DNA of 63,713 bases, filler included, from Circinaria calcarea (lineage: Eukaryota), in assembly GCA_051942165.1 (NCBI GenBank). It is 24 parts of 24 records of this genome, joined end to end, with 100 filler letters (N's around TTAATTAATTAA, not from the genome) between each part and the next. Parts side by side here need not be neighbours in the genome. Positions count along the whole stretch, not along the records: positions 10,670 to 13,234 come from JAVECS010003429.1; positions 13,335 to 15,898 come from JAVECS010003430.1; positions 15,999 to 18,562 come from JAVECS010003431.1; positions 18,663 to 21,226 come from JAVECS010003432.1; positions 21,327 to 23,889 come from JAVECS010003433.1; 19 more parts are not named here. One strand, given 5' to 3'. The first letter of the stretch is position 1, and the number at the start of each line of letters is the position of its first letter. Under the pieces are notes generated by a model. The model did not search any database and had not been told where the DNA came from. It was given only the letters and a program-made list of their open reading frames with translations. Made by a program: the position numbers and the translations under genes. Of this stretch, positions 11,832 through 23,889 are shown piece after piece.

Positions 11832-13334
11832 GATGTGCGATGTTCTCGGTAGCCGTAGGTCCTTTAGTATCTCAGCTGCGAAAAGCTGTTGAAGTCCTAT
11901 CTTTTACATTAGTTCAGTTTGCTTGCGCCGAGGGGGTGAGGGGGATAAATAGCTATGACGTACCTCTCCGTGATTGATGTGGGGGCGCCTGTTGCAGTGT
12001 AAAACGTATGTTCTCTAAATCCAAATAAAACGATGAGGATCCTCGGAGAAGCTGAGATGAAACTTCAGTGGGTTGAGCGTTGAGTACAGACCGTGCATAT
12101 ACAACGTGTGCGCTTCCCTGCAATGTGGACGTTATGCCAGGGCAAGATGACGACGGCATCTTCAGCTAACGCAATGACATGGGTGCCAAGAACCACCCGG
12201 CCGGGTCGATAAGATTAGATTCTTGTGCGATATGCACCCGCGCTGATAAGGTCAACAGAAAACGTAAAGGATGGAGGGGTGGTATTCCTTAACCTAAGAT
12301 TTCCCTACTCCAGAGAGGGACCAGAGGGAAAGCTACTTCTCCTACTTCTCCTTTCACACTTTAGCAGCTAATCCGAATCAGCTCTTGTAAGAGCGTAGAC
12401 TCTACCAGATGAAACAGAACACGAATCCCGATCCTGGTCGAATTGTACCTTGGCACGTGGAATCTACCGGTGCAATTAGACACCAGCCCTGTTCCATTCT
12501 AGCCGGCGGGATCAGTCCTCTAGGGATGATAGACCTAGCAATTGAAAGAGGTGACGTGATCAAATATAGCCTTTAGTACTTGTGAGCTGCCGAGAAGGCC
12601 ATCTCATATACAACAACGGCCTTCAACCACTCGCTGAAATCACACGGACATGAAATAGGTAGAGAGGCGTGGTTTTGATCCGAATCTACATAATACGTAG
12701 GCACAAAAGGAACCGCCAACGTACAATTGTGCTCTTCGAGACAGATTTGACGAAGCTGTTCAAGGCACCAAGAGTACACTTGGCACAGGATCCAAAAGAT
12801 GACAATACTAAGGAAAAGATCTGGATGTTGAAGTTTCGATGCCAACAGAATACAGTACCCTGTCTTATGCCACCTTCTTGTCGGGCGGAGGTGCAGCACC
12901 GCCACTGGTGGAGAGACCCTAGAACCGAGTTAGTAGAAAGAACACAAGCAGGTATGGCGTACGTACCATGAAAATCTTGAAGCTGTCGTAACTGGTGACT
13001 CGTTAGCGAGTGAAAGGAGAATGATCAGAAATACATACATCATCCATTGCAAACCTGAATCATTCGGTCAGTCTCTAGTCCTCAAGAATGGGCTCCACCT
13101 TACTCACCGGTCAAAGTTCCTATCATCACAATCCTGATTGGCAAACCTGCCCAGAGACCAGAGAAGCCAATGTCCTTATATATCCTACCCATTGCAGAGC
13201 CGAAAGCTTCGCCGGGTTGACGATTCGCGTTCAANNNNNNNNNNNNNNNNNNNNNNNNNNNNNNNNNNNNNNNNNNNNTTAATTAATTAANNNNNNNNNN
13301 NNNNNNNNNNNNNNNNNNNNNNNNNNNNNNNNNN

Positions 13335-14558
13335 CGCATTGATGGATTGGAAGAGAAGGCGCTTGGAGGAGCAAAGATTGGGACAACGGGCAATGGCATA
13401 GGTCCTTGTTACAGCTCCAAGGCAGCTCGTACTGGCGTACGGATGGCGGATATGCTGGATAAGCCAAACTTCGAAAATCGACTACGCCAATTAGCTCGCT
13501 CAAAGAAAAACGAGTTTGGGGATCTTCTTGACTATGATGTCGAAAAAGAAATCCGGGAGTTTGATGAAACGTATAGGGAACAACTAAGACCTTTCATTGT
13601 CGATGGTATAGACATGATTTGTACAGCACAAGATAAAAATAAGCAGATTTTGGTGGAAGGAGCGAACGCCCTAATGTTAGACATAGGTAAGTCATCTACT
13701 TGTCCGGAGGTGGTAAAGACTAAGCACTTCAGACCAAGGAACATGGCCCTTTCTTACTAGCAGGTTTTTCTCTCCTTGGTGTTGTCTAATCATCTATGAA
13801 CTGACCTTATTCGAATTTTTAGCTCGACTGGTATCGCAGGCGTCTTTGTCGGTTTAGGTGGCCTTCGACCGGAAAGTCTGACTACTCGACTAGGCGTCGT
13901 CAAGGCTTACACAACAGTAATATTTCAACTCCAATTCGTTCCTATGTAGTCAGGCTGACAAGCATGAAGAGAGTGGGTTCAGGTCCACTACCTTCGGAGA
14001 ATTTAGAAGGTCCAGGCGAAGAATTACAACAGCGCGGACACGAATTCGGTCAGGAAGCCATCCTCTGAAGTAATGCTAGGCTGTCTAGAATCCTTACTAA
14101 CTCTACTAGGAACCACGACCGGCCGAATGAGGCGATGCGGATATCTCGACATGGTCATCCTCAGGCACTCTCACTCCATTAACCACTATACTCATCTGAA
14201 CCTAACCAAGTTGGACGTACTCGACACCTTTAAGGAGATCAAAGTCGCCGTAGCCTACCACAGCAAAAACGATGACGGCACGACCACCACGTATAGAAAT
14301 CGTTTCCCAGCCGATCTGCGAGCATTAGATAAGGACCGGTTAGAAGTTGAATATGTCACGTTGAAAGGTTGGATGACGGATATCACCGGGTGCAGGGACT
14401 GGGAAAAGTTACCCAGTGAAGCAAGAAATTACGTGCAATTCGTAGTCAAGGACCTCAAAGTGCCGGTCAAGTGGATTGGCGTGGGTCCGGCGAGTGATGC
14501 TATGATTGAGGTGCCTGCGCAGAGGACGACAAAGGATATAAACGGAGAGCGATCATAG
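13335..14558 (+). CDS. ADE12: Adenylosuccinate synthetase, 5' truncated, four introns
   Basis: IGTTGNGIGPCYSSK, EGANALMLDI, GVVKAYTTRVGSGP, TTGRMRRCGYLD, LTKLDVLD, WIGVGP. Confidence 0.95.
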
Positions 14559-14920
14559 AACTTGGATATCTGATGCCATTTTTTTCCGAGTATTGTTATT
14601 ATATTTATTTTTGGATTTAAGATCGAATTTTGTTGAGTCCCCTCTACTACTATTTTTAGACGTCAAGGCCATTGGGTCTGCACCGTGTGAATTGCTTTCG
14701 TCGGACTTTTAACAATACCACTATCAACGGATGGAACTTTTTGTCACATGGTAGAGGTGTGAGTGTTGAGGAGAACAGTGAGTGATTAAAGGGCTGGTTG
14801 GTGGAGAAGAGAATGATATATCTACAGCTTATATGCTTATATAATGCCTCCAAGACTTGGAACTCGTACGTTGGTCCGGAAAGAATCAGAGTCCACCAAC
14901 GATCAGTCTGAGCAATCCGA

Positions 14921-15898
14921 TCATGATGTCGGCTCGTCGACATATCCGACCGCCTCCCCATATTTCACATGTTGGCCCTTCGTAACCGCCCACCGCCATC
15001 CCTCTTTTTCCTCTCCTTCCCCCCAGCCCTCATCCAAAGTCTTTCGCCGGCCTCGCGGCGCTTCAAATACCAGCACGATCGAACTCCCCAACTGAAACCC
15101 CCCCATTTCTTCTCCTCGGCGTAACGCATGGCCACCCAGTAACCTGCTAGCTTTCGCATACGTCGCTTCGGCGTATCCGGAGTATGCTTCTCCGCGCTTG
15201 GCGGCTTCCTCGGCCGCGCGATCGGCGGCGGTATCTGTGGTCAGGCTGTTTGTCCGCAGTTCGCTGTCGAAGTTGATCTTGATGGAGCCGACGTTGGTAG
15301 CCCCTACGGGCGTGAAGCTGAAGAATCCCCATCGCCAGCGTCCGAGAAGGACGACGCGCTCGTTGAGCGTGAATAGACCTGGTAGTGTTCGTTGGAGGTA
15401 TGGGGAAACGCTGTATAATTCTCCGGCGAAGTGGCGCCGCTTTTCTACGACCCAGGATGTGGGGGAGTGGAAGCGGTGGTAGTCCCCTGGGGCGAGATAG
15501 ACAACTAGGTAGTACAACGCTGTTGCGGTTTTCTTCGTAGATGAGAATAGGCCAGAGCTACTTCCGTCGCCGCGAGCCAGGTCTGCGCGCACTTCGGCTA
15601 CGGAAGCCGATTTGGGAGTGGTGGAGGCGTCCATTGACGACGCAGGAGAGGTACCAGCCGAGGTCGATGGTCCGGAAAAGAGATTAGGGAGAGTATAGGA
15701 TATTCCATTCACATTGGCAAATTCTTCATCCGCTTTGATGGCATCTGGCTTCTCTCCGACATCATCATCTGATTCGGCCAGGTCTGCGGCATTCTCGAGA
15801 CTCCTGGATGAGTTTGAGCCAAGGAGTGCGTCCAGGCTGTATGTCATACCCTTCACCTGCTCGACCTCTCCATTTTCAATTAGGCCAAATTGTAATAC
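14921..15898 (-). CDS. PSD1: Phosphatidylserine decarboxylase proenzyme, 5' truncated
   Basis: QVKGMTYSL, YLAPGDYHRFHSP, NERVVLLG, VGATNVGSI and the autocleavage motif FQLGSSIVL. Confidence 0.95.
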   Translation of the reverse strand, partial: VLQFGLIENGEVEQVKGMTYSLDALLGSNSSRSLENAADLAESDDDVGEKPDAIKADEEFANVNGISYTLPNLFSGPSTSAGTSPASSMDASTTPKSASVAEVRADLARGDGSSSGLFSSTKKTATALYYLVVYLAPGDYHRFHSPTSWVVEKRRHFAGELYSVSPYLQRTLPGLFTLNERVVLLGRWRWGFFSFTPVGATNVGSIKINFDSELRTNSLTTDTAADRAAEEAAKRGEAYSGYAEATYAKASRLLGGHALRRGEEMGGFQLGSSIVLVFEAPRGRRKTLDEGWGEGEEKEGWRWAVTKGQHVKYGEAVGYVDEPTS

Positions 15899-15998
15899 NN
15901 NNNNNNNNNNNNNNNNNNNNNNNNNNNNNNNNNNNNNNNNNNTTAATTAATTAANNNNNNNNNNNNNNNNNNNNNNNNNNNNNNNNNNNNNNNNNNNN

Positions 15999-17445
15999 GA
16001 GTATCAATCACGAAATTGATGAAACCATGCTTCGAAGAGAAGCCGAATGGCAAAGAGAGAGGGAAGCTATTAGCAAGCAAATTCAAGAGGCAAACACTAG
16101 TCAAGTTATAGTGATCAACAGTGATGAGGAGCAAGGAGACGGACGCTACGAGGAAGATGACGAGGGAGAGGACCGAGACGACGACGACGATGTAGATATT
16201 TGGTTGTCAGCGGCACAATTATCTCATCAACTTGACCAAGGCTTATTGAAAGCACCTGAAACGCTTGCCCCTGGCCAGATGATCAAACCACGCAGAAGCA
16301 AACTACCAAGTCCGTGGCGAAGACGTAGTCGGGTTGTCTACAGTGATGAGGCAGCACCCTCTGGGAACGACCTATTCGTGCCATCAGATCTGATGAGTTC
16401 AAATACGACGCCTACCCCCAAGCAAGCAAAGAGTATCAAGCCTGACTTATCTGACTTTTCAGGCCCCTCTGACTTTGCTGAGTTCGAGCCGGATGATGAG
16501 TCTTCAATGTTAAGGAGCGTTACGTTCTCACATGGACGTACCCATAAAGTCGATTCAGGCACAGAGAAGGCAAGACCCAATGAGGGTAGGGAAGATGATA
16601 TTGACGAGGTATGCGAAGAAAGCAAAGGACATGAGAGAAACGGAGATGACGAAGTTGAGATGAGTCCGGATAGTCCGAAGGCGATGCTGGATAAATCAAA
16701 GAGACACACACAGCGTATCACGATGTTCGAGGAAATCGAAGAGGTTGAAATCACTGCGAATGTCCAATCTTTGGTCAATCCCCATACTGGTAATGATACC
16801 GTAGTCATATCTGAACAACAAGACATCTCTTCCGGCAACGCTCCTGCCACCTGGCTCCATCGGATCAAGAATTTCGTCCCGTCCCTTAGATTGCTTGTTC
16901 CCAGAGCAATTTCACGGTCCGACTCTCAAACCGCAGGATCGAAGAGAAAGAGATCGACACCGGAACCTCTATCCATCTACACCCCCTGGACCGACACCCA
17001 TTACCGCGCCCTCCGCACCCTCTACCTCGCCGGCAAAGCCGACCCGTCGCTCTACCCGTACGATCCCTCGAAAGCTTCAGCCTACCTGCTCGGGCGGAGA
17101 CTCGTCAGCACAGACTGGCAGCATTGGATCCAGGAATGGGAGTTGGGGCTCGTGGAAGCTTTTCTAGATATGTTGGATGAGGAAGGAGTCGATGATTGGA
17201 TTGACGGAGTGGACCGAGAGGGCGATCGGCCGGGGGAGAGGAGGGTGATTGAGGAACAGGAGGTGCTGAGGAGGCTGTTTAGTCTTTTGGCGGGGGAGGT
17301 CATGGAGGAGGAGGCGGCGTTGGCGTTGACGAGGGAAAGGGGACGGGATGGGGAAGCGGTGGTGAGATCGGGTGGGAATGCCATGCCGAGGCAGGGGGCT
17401 GTCAAGTGCGGGGGGAGGAGGAAGAAAGCGAGGCTTGCCAAGTAA
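15999..17445 (+). CDS. Hypothetical protein, C-terminal part (acidic/disordered with a small C-terminal domain)
   Basis: Open frame of more than 470 codons; segments PRRSKLPSPWRR and PWTDTHYRALRTLY; no family recognised. Confidence 0.7.
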
Positions 17446-17638
17446 CCTTTGGGAAAGAGGGGAGAGTGCTATTTGGAGCTAGCAGATGATGTTGTGGATG
17501 GAAGGGTGCTAAAGTGCTGTAGGTGCCCGTCTGAGTGCCGTGAGCTGAGCTCGCAACGAGTCATGGCATAATGAGATACGAGCATGAATAGTCTTATCCC
17601 GTTCTCAGGATGCGATAAGGTCAACATGGAGATTGTTG

Positions 17639-18562
17639 CTACTCCAAGTATATCTCATCCCTCAACCGCTGCAGGTTTCTCAAAAACCCCGGTCCACCAC
17701 CCGTTCCACCCACCGGAGTAGCCTTCCCTCCATTGCCCCTACCATCTTCCTCTCCCTCTCCCTCTGTTTTCCCATTGGGGCCTCTCTGCACCACAACCCC
17801 TTTCCCTTCCTCCTCCCTCCTCCTCTCCAGCACGATCTTCGCCAGCCCCTCCACCACCCTCCCCCGCGCCTTCTCCTCGATCGTCCCCTTCCACACCCCC
17901 ACCAGCGCCCTCAACTCCTCGACTCGCTTCTCCGCCGCCAGGATTCCCTCTTCGCCTCCCAGCGCGAGAAGATGTGCGATTTCGTCCCGGAGGCGCTGCG
18001 TGGCTTCTTGGCCTTTTTGTTCGAGGGACGTTTGGGAGGCGGCGGAAGAGGACGAGGGTGCGGAGACGGAGATCAGTGAGCTGGAGGCGGTTTGCAGGAG
18101 GGAAGGAGGCAAGGACCAGGAGAGGGCGGCGTCGAAGGTGGAGATTACGGATTGGAGTTGGGTGCGGACGTGGTGGAGGGTACGGAGGGAGGAGATGGAG
18201 TGGGGGGTGGGGCGCGTGTCCGGTGAGGTTTCCGGAGGTTCATCGGTAGAAGCTCGGCCGTTTGATTCGGTCGGTACTACCGCCAGCCCTTCGGGCACGA
18301 ATTTTGCCACATCGCCATTGAGACCTTCGGCCAGCGCTTCCGTCAGGGAATTCGCTTGGCCGCGGAGGACTTCGACCTCGTAGGCGAGGCGGCTGCCGCT
18401 GCGGAGGATGTCGTCTGTCAGGCGGGTGAGGGTGTCGGAGAGGCGGGAGGTCTGGGCGCTGAGCTGGGTGATGTGCGTTTGGGTCTGGGCGGCGAGTTCG
18501 CCGAGGGAGAGGGTTTGGGGCGGTTTGGTGGCGTGGGCGGTGCTAGTGGGGATGTGGAGGGG
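17639..18562 (-). CDS. Helical fungal protein, possibly COG7-like; 5' truncated
   Basis: The frame is open to the contig end (LTDDILRSGSRLAYEVEVLRG...LRTLHHVRTQLQSVI...VWKGTIEEKAR). The COG7 resemblance is architectural inference only. Confidence 0.6.
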   Translation of the reverse strand, partial: PLHIPTSTAHATKPPQTLSLGELAAQTQTHITQLSAQTSRLSDTLTRLTDDILRSGSRLAYEVEVLRGQANSLTEALAEGLNGDVAKFVPEGLAVVPTESNGRASTDEPPETSPDTRPTPHSISSLRTLHHVRTQLQSVISTFDAALSWSLPPSLLQTASSSLISVSAPSSSSAASQTSLEQKGQEATQRLRDEIAHLLALGGEEGILAAEKRVEELRALVGVWKGTIEEKARGRVVEGLAKIVLERRREEEGKGVVVQRGPNGKTEGEGEEDGRGNGGKATPVGGTGGGPGFLRNLQRLRDEIYLE

Positions 18563-18662
18563 NNNNNNNNNNNNNNNNNNNNNNNNNNNNNNNNNNNNNN
18601 NNNNNNTTAATTAATTAANNNNNNNNNNNNNNNNNNNNNNNNNNNNNNNNNNNNNNNNNNNN

Positions 18663-18743
18663 TGGGAGGCCATGAACGGTTTCGACTTTGCCAACGGGCG
18701 TGCCTTCGTGCAACGCACCTGAAACACATTCTCTACAGGCCAT
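18663..18743 (-). CDS. Dienelactone hydrolase-family protein, N-terminus
   Basis: MACRECVSGALHEGTPVGKVETVHGLP, the typical N-terminus of fungal DLH/AIM2-like proteins. Confidence 0.75.
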
Positions 18744-18922
18744 GGTGGTAATCTGCAAACTAGAAACCTGCGGGAATGGATGGAGAATTGGCTGGCAAAC
18801 CGAAAAGACCTTGCTAATCGCTCTGTGTGGATTACATTCTAGGTATGCTGTCGGTAACGTGGTACCTCCTGTTCGAACGAGTACGAGAACGAAAGGCACG
18901 AGCTTCAGCGGCTGTCTGTTAA

Positions 18923-20045
18923 GGGCCTGTTTGGATACCCCCGTTTGTTGGAATCGATTGTCAAAATCGTTTTTGGACCCTGAAAATTGCCAAGTGGGCG
19001 TTTGGTAAACAGCGATTTTTGATTTTGCCAAAAACGATTGTCAGAATCGTTTTTGCGAATATATATAAATTTAGTGCCTTGGCACAAATAGGTCCGGACC
19101 TATTTATGGTGATTTTAGAAATCGATTTTGCGCTAAGAAACACGACAAAATACATGATAAAATAAATGATATCGATGAATTCTATGCTGTACAGGCAGTA
19201 ATCATTATTCTAGCTTATTATGTATTAATTAAATATATTGTCAACCCTCGTAATACTTTTATTTTAACCGGTTGTTATGGCGCGACGCCATGCCCTGGTA
19301 GGCCGAGTGCCGGAACGGAGGAACCAGGAAGCCGAGCGCTCCTAGGTGCTCCCAGGATTTGGCAGGGAACAGTGGGAGCACGTCACGTGTTATACTCCCG
19401 GTGGCTCCCAGGGATCCCAGGGAGCAGTAGGATCACTAGGGAGCACTAGTAATATATAGGCAGGCTATTCGGCGCTCTTATGCTTATAGAACCATAACGA
19501 GTTCAATATATTCCTTTTATATTAAGCCTAGGGCAACAGTTCAACTACACCTTATATAACCGTGTTATTACCAATCGGGACTTATCATATTCCTCAATAA
19601 GCCCCAGGGATTGCAGCGCCCTTACACCGGTGAAGTATATCTAACTGAATTAATCACTGCTGCGAATCATACACGCCTGCAAGAACGATTGCGCATGCCA
19701 TTACATTGTTTTATAACTTTACAAGCATGATTTTTATCGAATACGAACCTATAGTGATTAAGCCGGGTTATATATAACTTCAAGACGTGGATAATGGAAA
19801 TTGATTATTTTTGTTACAATTTCATGATTTTCTCAATACGAAGTGATAAGATTTACTAGTGATTAGCCTGTAATTTTATTCCTTGCAAGCTGGGAATCAC
19901 AGCCTCCATAATCATTCCAGAATCGCGCTTTCCAAACACCTTTTCGCAATTTAACAAAAACGATTCTGACAATTTCTGACAATCGATTTTGCCAAAAACG
20001 ATTGTGACAATCGATTCCAATAAACGGGGGTATCCAAACAGGCCC
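18923..20045. mobile_element. Non-autonomous TIR DNA element (PIF/Harbinger/Tourist-like ends)
   Basis: About 41-bp TIR GGGCCTGTTTGGATACCCCCGTTTGTTGGAATCGATTGTCA with one mismatch; repeated subterminal CGATTGTCA/CAAAAACGATT motifs; flanks TAA and TTA; no transposase ORF. Confidence 0.88.
19273..19626. mobile_element. Solo LTR (family A, 354 bp) nested inside the TIR element
   Basis: TGTTATGGCGC...GCGCCCTTACA flanked by the perfect 5-bp TSD CCGGT (19268-19272, 19627-19631); homologous to copies at 47055 and 49106. Confidence 0.9.
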
Positions 20046-20702
20046 TTAGTCCGGCTGGCGACTAGGCCCGCTTTTTGGAATGTCCTCTATAAAAGCAACA
20101 ACATAACATAAAAATGAACAAGGAAAAACCGGGATCATCTCAAGTCTGCCTTCTATGCGTGTTGCAGTGTTTAAATTGTAAATCTTAATTTGGCGGTTAT
20201 GTTTCATGCCGGAAAATCCACGCCAACGACTCTTTTCCCTGTACCTAATCTCACGTTTCCGATCCAAATTGCCGTATGCTCACCTATTCTCGGCTTCTTA
20301 CCGTAATCCGATTTCGATACGGGCGATAGATAACGTAGTCGTCTCTTTTCCATTTGGCTTCAGGAACGTCGGAATTCATCATTGCCTTGTCACGGCGACC
20401 ACGGGACTCGAGGCCTCAAACTGCGATACGAGTCGCCTTTGGGGGTTCATGACCAGAAGTCTCTAGCTTTCTCAAGGTCGTCTGTTCAAGGATGGACCTT
20501 TCCTATGTGGACCGAAGCCCGATGCAACACTATCTTCCACGCTTCAACAACTATCAATTAATTTTATAGTCTAGGGTAGTCACTCTATAAATTGCCAAGG
20601 CCAATATCCGAAGCAATTCCGAAACGATGCAAAGGAGCTAAAGGGCTATAAAACACCCGGACCGGCCAAACCCAAAGACGATCGAGCTAATTCTTAGGAT
20701 AC

Positions 20703-21226
20703 TCAATCTCGGTGGAATAAATGCGAGAACCACTCAATGAATGTGTTTAGTGTTTTCTTCTGTTTTGGAGATAGTTCCGCCTGTTGCGTTCCCATAACCA
20801 TTGGTTTGAGCATGGATGCAACCGCAGGGGGTATCTCACCACTCTCCAGGGCTGCCATGACCGAGGAGCTTAGGGCAGCAGCTTCGTCCACCATCGAACT
20901 CGCGGGCGGGGAAGATGTAAGCAGACCAGAATTGTCAGATGTCTGCACCTGTGATACGGTTTCTGATGATGGTGTTGAAGTTGCCGCTATAGAAGTCACA
21001 TCTGCCCCTGACCCTGACAAAATGAACAAAATGGATGAGCTAGGGGGAAAGTGGACAACAGACATCACCGCCGTTGTTAAACTCGGCTGTTCACTCAATG
21101 GGACTTCTGTAGACTCTGAGAGTATAGTCGTAATTGTCGTCCCCAGGGAAGCTATCGTGGCCGCAGTATCAGATAAAGTCACAGCAGTCTGAACAGCCGA
21201 GGATGCTGCTGAGGAGTCCGCCGTAC
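20703..21226 (-). CDS. Ser/Thr-rich hypothetical protein, C-terminal part
   Basis: Low-complexity S/T/A-rich frame open to the contig end; no family recognised. Confidence 0.5.
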
Positions 21227-21326
21227 NNNNNNNNNNNNNNNNNNNNNNNNNNNNNNNNNNNNNNNNNNNNTTAATTAATTAANNNNNNNNNNNNNNNNNN
21301 NNNNNNNNNNNNNNNNNNNNNNNNNN

Positions 21327-23889
21327 GAACCGGGATGTGATGTAACTTACGGATGACACGTCAACTGACAGACGTGCTTGCAAGGCAGGACATCACGGCA
21401 AGGTTGGCCGCATCCACCACACAGACCGTCCCAATCTGATGGTCCTGTGAGTGCAGTTAGTAAATACCCTTCAAGTTCAATCGATGAATCCACATTCACT
21501 TGAGGACAGAAATCACTTACTCTTGATCTGGGTCCGCCGGTTATGCTTCTGGCACGTGATTGGGAGGCTCGTCCCAACGCGTTTGGGTTCTCGCTCCATG
21601 ATCGCAATCACATTCTCCCACAAGGCACTCGATCTTCGCAGCAGCCAATCGTTACCGAATATGTAGAAGCCCCGGCGGGCACGGGAAAGAGCCACGCAAA
21701 CTCGATTCTCAATGTTCAAGAAGCCTATTCCACCGGTGGAGCCATTGTTGTTTCGTACCAGCGACAGCAAGATGACCTCGTTTTCTTCGCCTTGGTAGGA
21801 GTCGACCGTTGACACGTTGAAACGGAAGCCTTGCATGCCCCGGTTTTTCTTCAAGCCGCGCAGGATTCGCTTTCGCTGCCCGTTGTAAAAAGTCAGAACG
21901 GTGATATCCTTGGCCCTCATGCCGTTGCGGATGAGGTACTCGAAGAAGCCGATAATTAAGTCGGCCTCACCCTCGTTTTGCTTGGACATGGACTCGTCGT
22001 TAGACTCGGGCATCTGGTGCGAATGGAACCAAAAGTTGATACCGCCCATTCCTGGTATATCCTCTCGGCCTAGGACCGAAGGGTGATCATCCAGATGCTC
22101 GTATATGGGCGCAAGGATTTCGCGGAATTCGGGCAACATACGACGTTGACGGGTGAGCTGAGAGTACTCGATCCCGTTGTTGATCATTCGTTCGAACAAA
22201 GACACCTCGAGGTTGAACGGCTCTCCTTCCAGGTCCCGAACCGCGCAGTGACCACGTAGCTGCTTATGATCTCCAACAAGGATAAGGTGCTCCAAGGTGT
22301 CGAAGCAGGCGGTAACAACGTGAGCTTCGAAAGTCTCGGCGGCTTCTTCGATCAATACCACCTTTGGCTTGACACTTGCAATGAGGGCCCGATATTTGCT
22401 TAAACCTGTGGTAGTCATCCCGATAATGCGAGCCTTCTGCAGGTGAATCGCGTCAACCTCCCATCCACCGATCTTGCTGTTTTGACTTGTTCGTGGATAG
22501 CCTGATGCAGCTGACCGAAAGTTCAAGCAGAGTTTGTCTTTGACTTGGCGTTGCAGGTATCGATAGACCATACCTCGACAAGAATGGGGAATCTGCCACA
22601 TGTCTTGGTAACGGAGGAGACCTTCTACTTTCTGGTCAGTAATACCATAAGCCTGGCGACCAGTGAACGGTTCATAAAGAGGGACCCATTCGCCTGTGAG
22701 AGTTTCTTGGTCATCTTCATCTGTCCATCCATGCTCGGCTTCAATCTCCTTGAGCTGCTCGAATTCCTGATCGACCTCTTCGTACTGAAGTTCAGACTGT
22801 TGAGATTGTCGTTGCTTCTCATGTACGATAAGATTCGGTCCCATCCACGTAGCAAGTATTGTTCTTGACTGGAATTCATTGATGCCGACCCATCCTTCAG
22901 CTCCATCTACCAGTGACTTGTATTGTGTCTCGGAAATCAGCTTGAGATGTAGGAGCAATTCCGCGGGCAATGGTTCTGATCCGTTTCTCAAGGGACCGAG
23001 TGCAACCGTGAGCTTTTGGGTAAGGTCCTTTCTCTGCTTCCTCGCCGAGCCACTCAAACCACCGAGGAGCGGAGGGAGAGGAGCTTGCTGACGGATTGCC
23101 CACATTGTACGAGGCTTTATGATTTCGTAATCTCCACTTCGACCACCAAGACGGACAAAGTCCGGTTCAAATACAGAAACATGACGAAGCAACTGATCCA
23201 AGGCATGATTGGTCTGGGCGGTCACAATGATGGGAGGATCACCAGGCCCAATACTACTCAGTAACACCTTCAACGCGACAACGGAGACGTGCGTCTTGCC
23301 TGTTCCGGGAGGACCTTGCACGATAGCCATACGCTTCGTGAGGATGTGACGTAAAGCTGCGAGTTGCGAAGGGTCTAGATCAGACTCCATCTGCTCTGGC
23401 CAGTTGTCGAGGATGTTGACCTTGAAGTAATTCCCAGTGGTTGATGTCGTAACCAAAGAGATGTCTTTGAAAGGCTGCTGTTGCAGGTACTGAGGCGGAG
23501 CGACTTGAGCTTGTACACTGACGAGGTGCTCTGTGAGTGGGAATCTACTCGGTCATTAGCGATAGAAGACCGCTGACTTTGGAAGAGTCATACCGTTCAT
23601 GAGCAATCTTTTGCAAGGCGCATAAAGTGTGACGATATGCCTCATAGTAAGCCGATCGTGCCTCAACCATAACCCACTCTTGCTGCGGATCAATCTCAAT
23701 CTCATCTATGGCTCGAAAGAACAAATCGATTGCCGGGGGATCCATGTTGAGTCCAGCCAGAGGACGGGCCGCAATGACTGCCACTCTACAGACCTTTCGG
23801 AACATGTCATTGGCCGGAGTAAGAGCTACAATGCTTCCAGTTGTCAAGCGTTTCGATTGCTCCCATCTGACCTTCTTTCCCGCTCGGCG
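21327..23889 (-). CDS. SF1 UPF1-like RNA helicase of the Hrr1/SAD-3/ZNFX1 type, internal fragment
   Basis: [57 protein letters not shown] and the start of an NF-X1-like Cys-rich region ([21 protein letters not shown]). Introns 23545-23593 and 21445-21520. Confidence 0.88.

Noticed and set aside
18615..19155. 138-aa and neighbouring ORFs running through the TIR
   Set aside because: Only the last 27 codons (from ATG 18743) are DLH-like; the rest is chance read-through of the element end, not a transposase.
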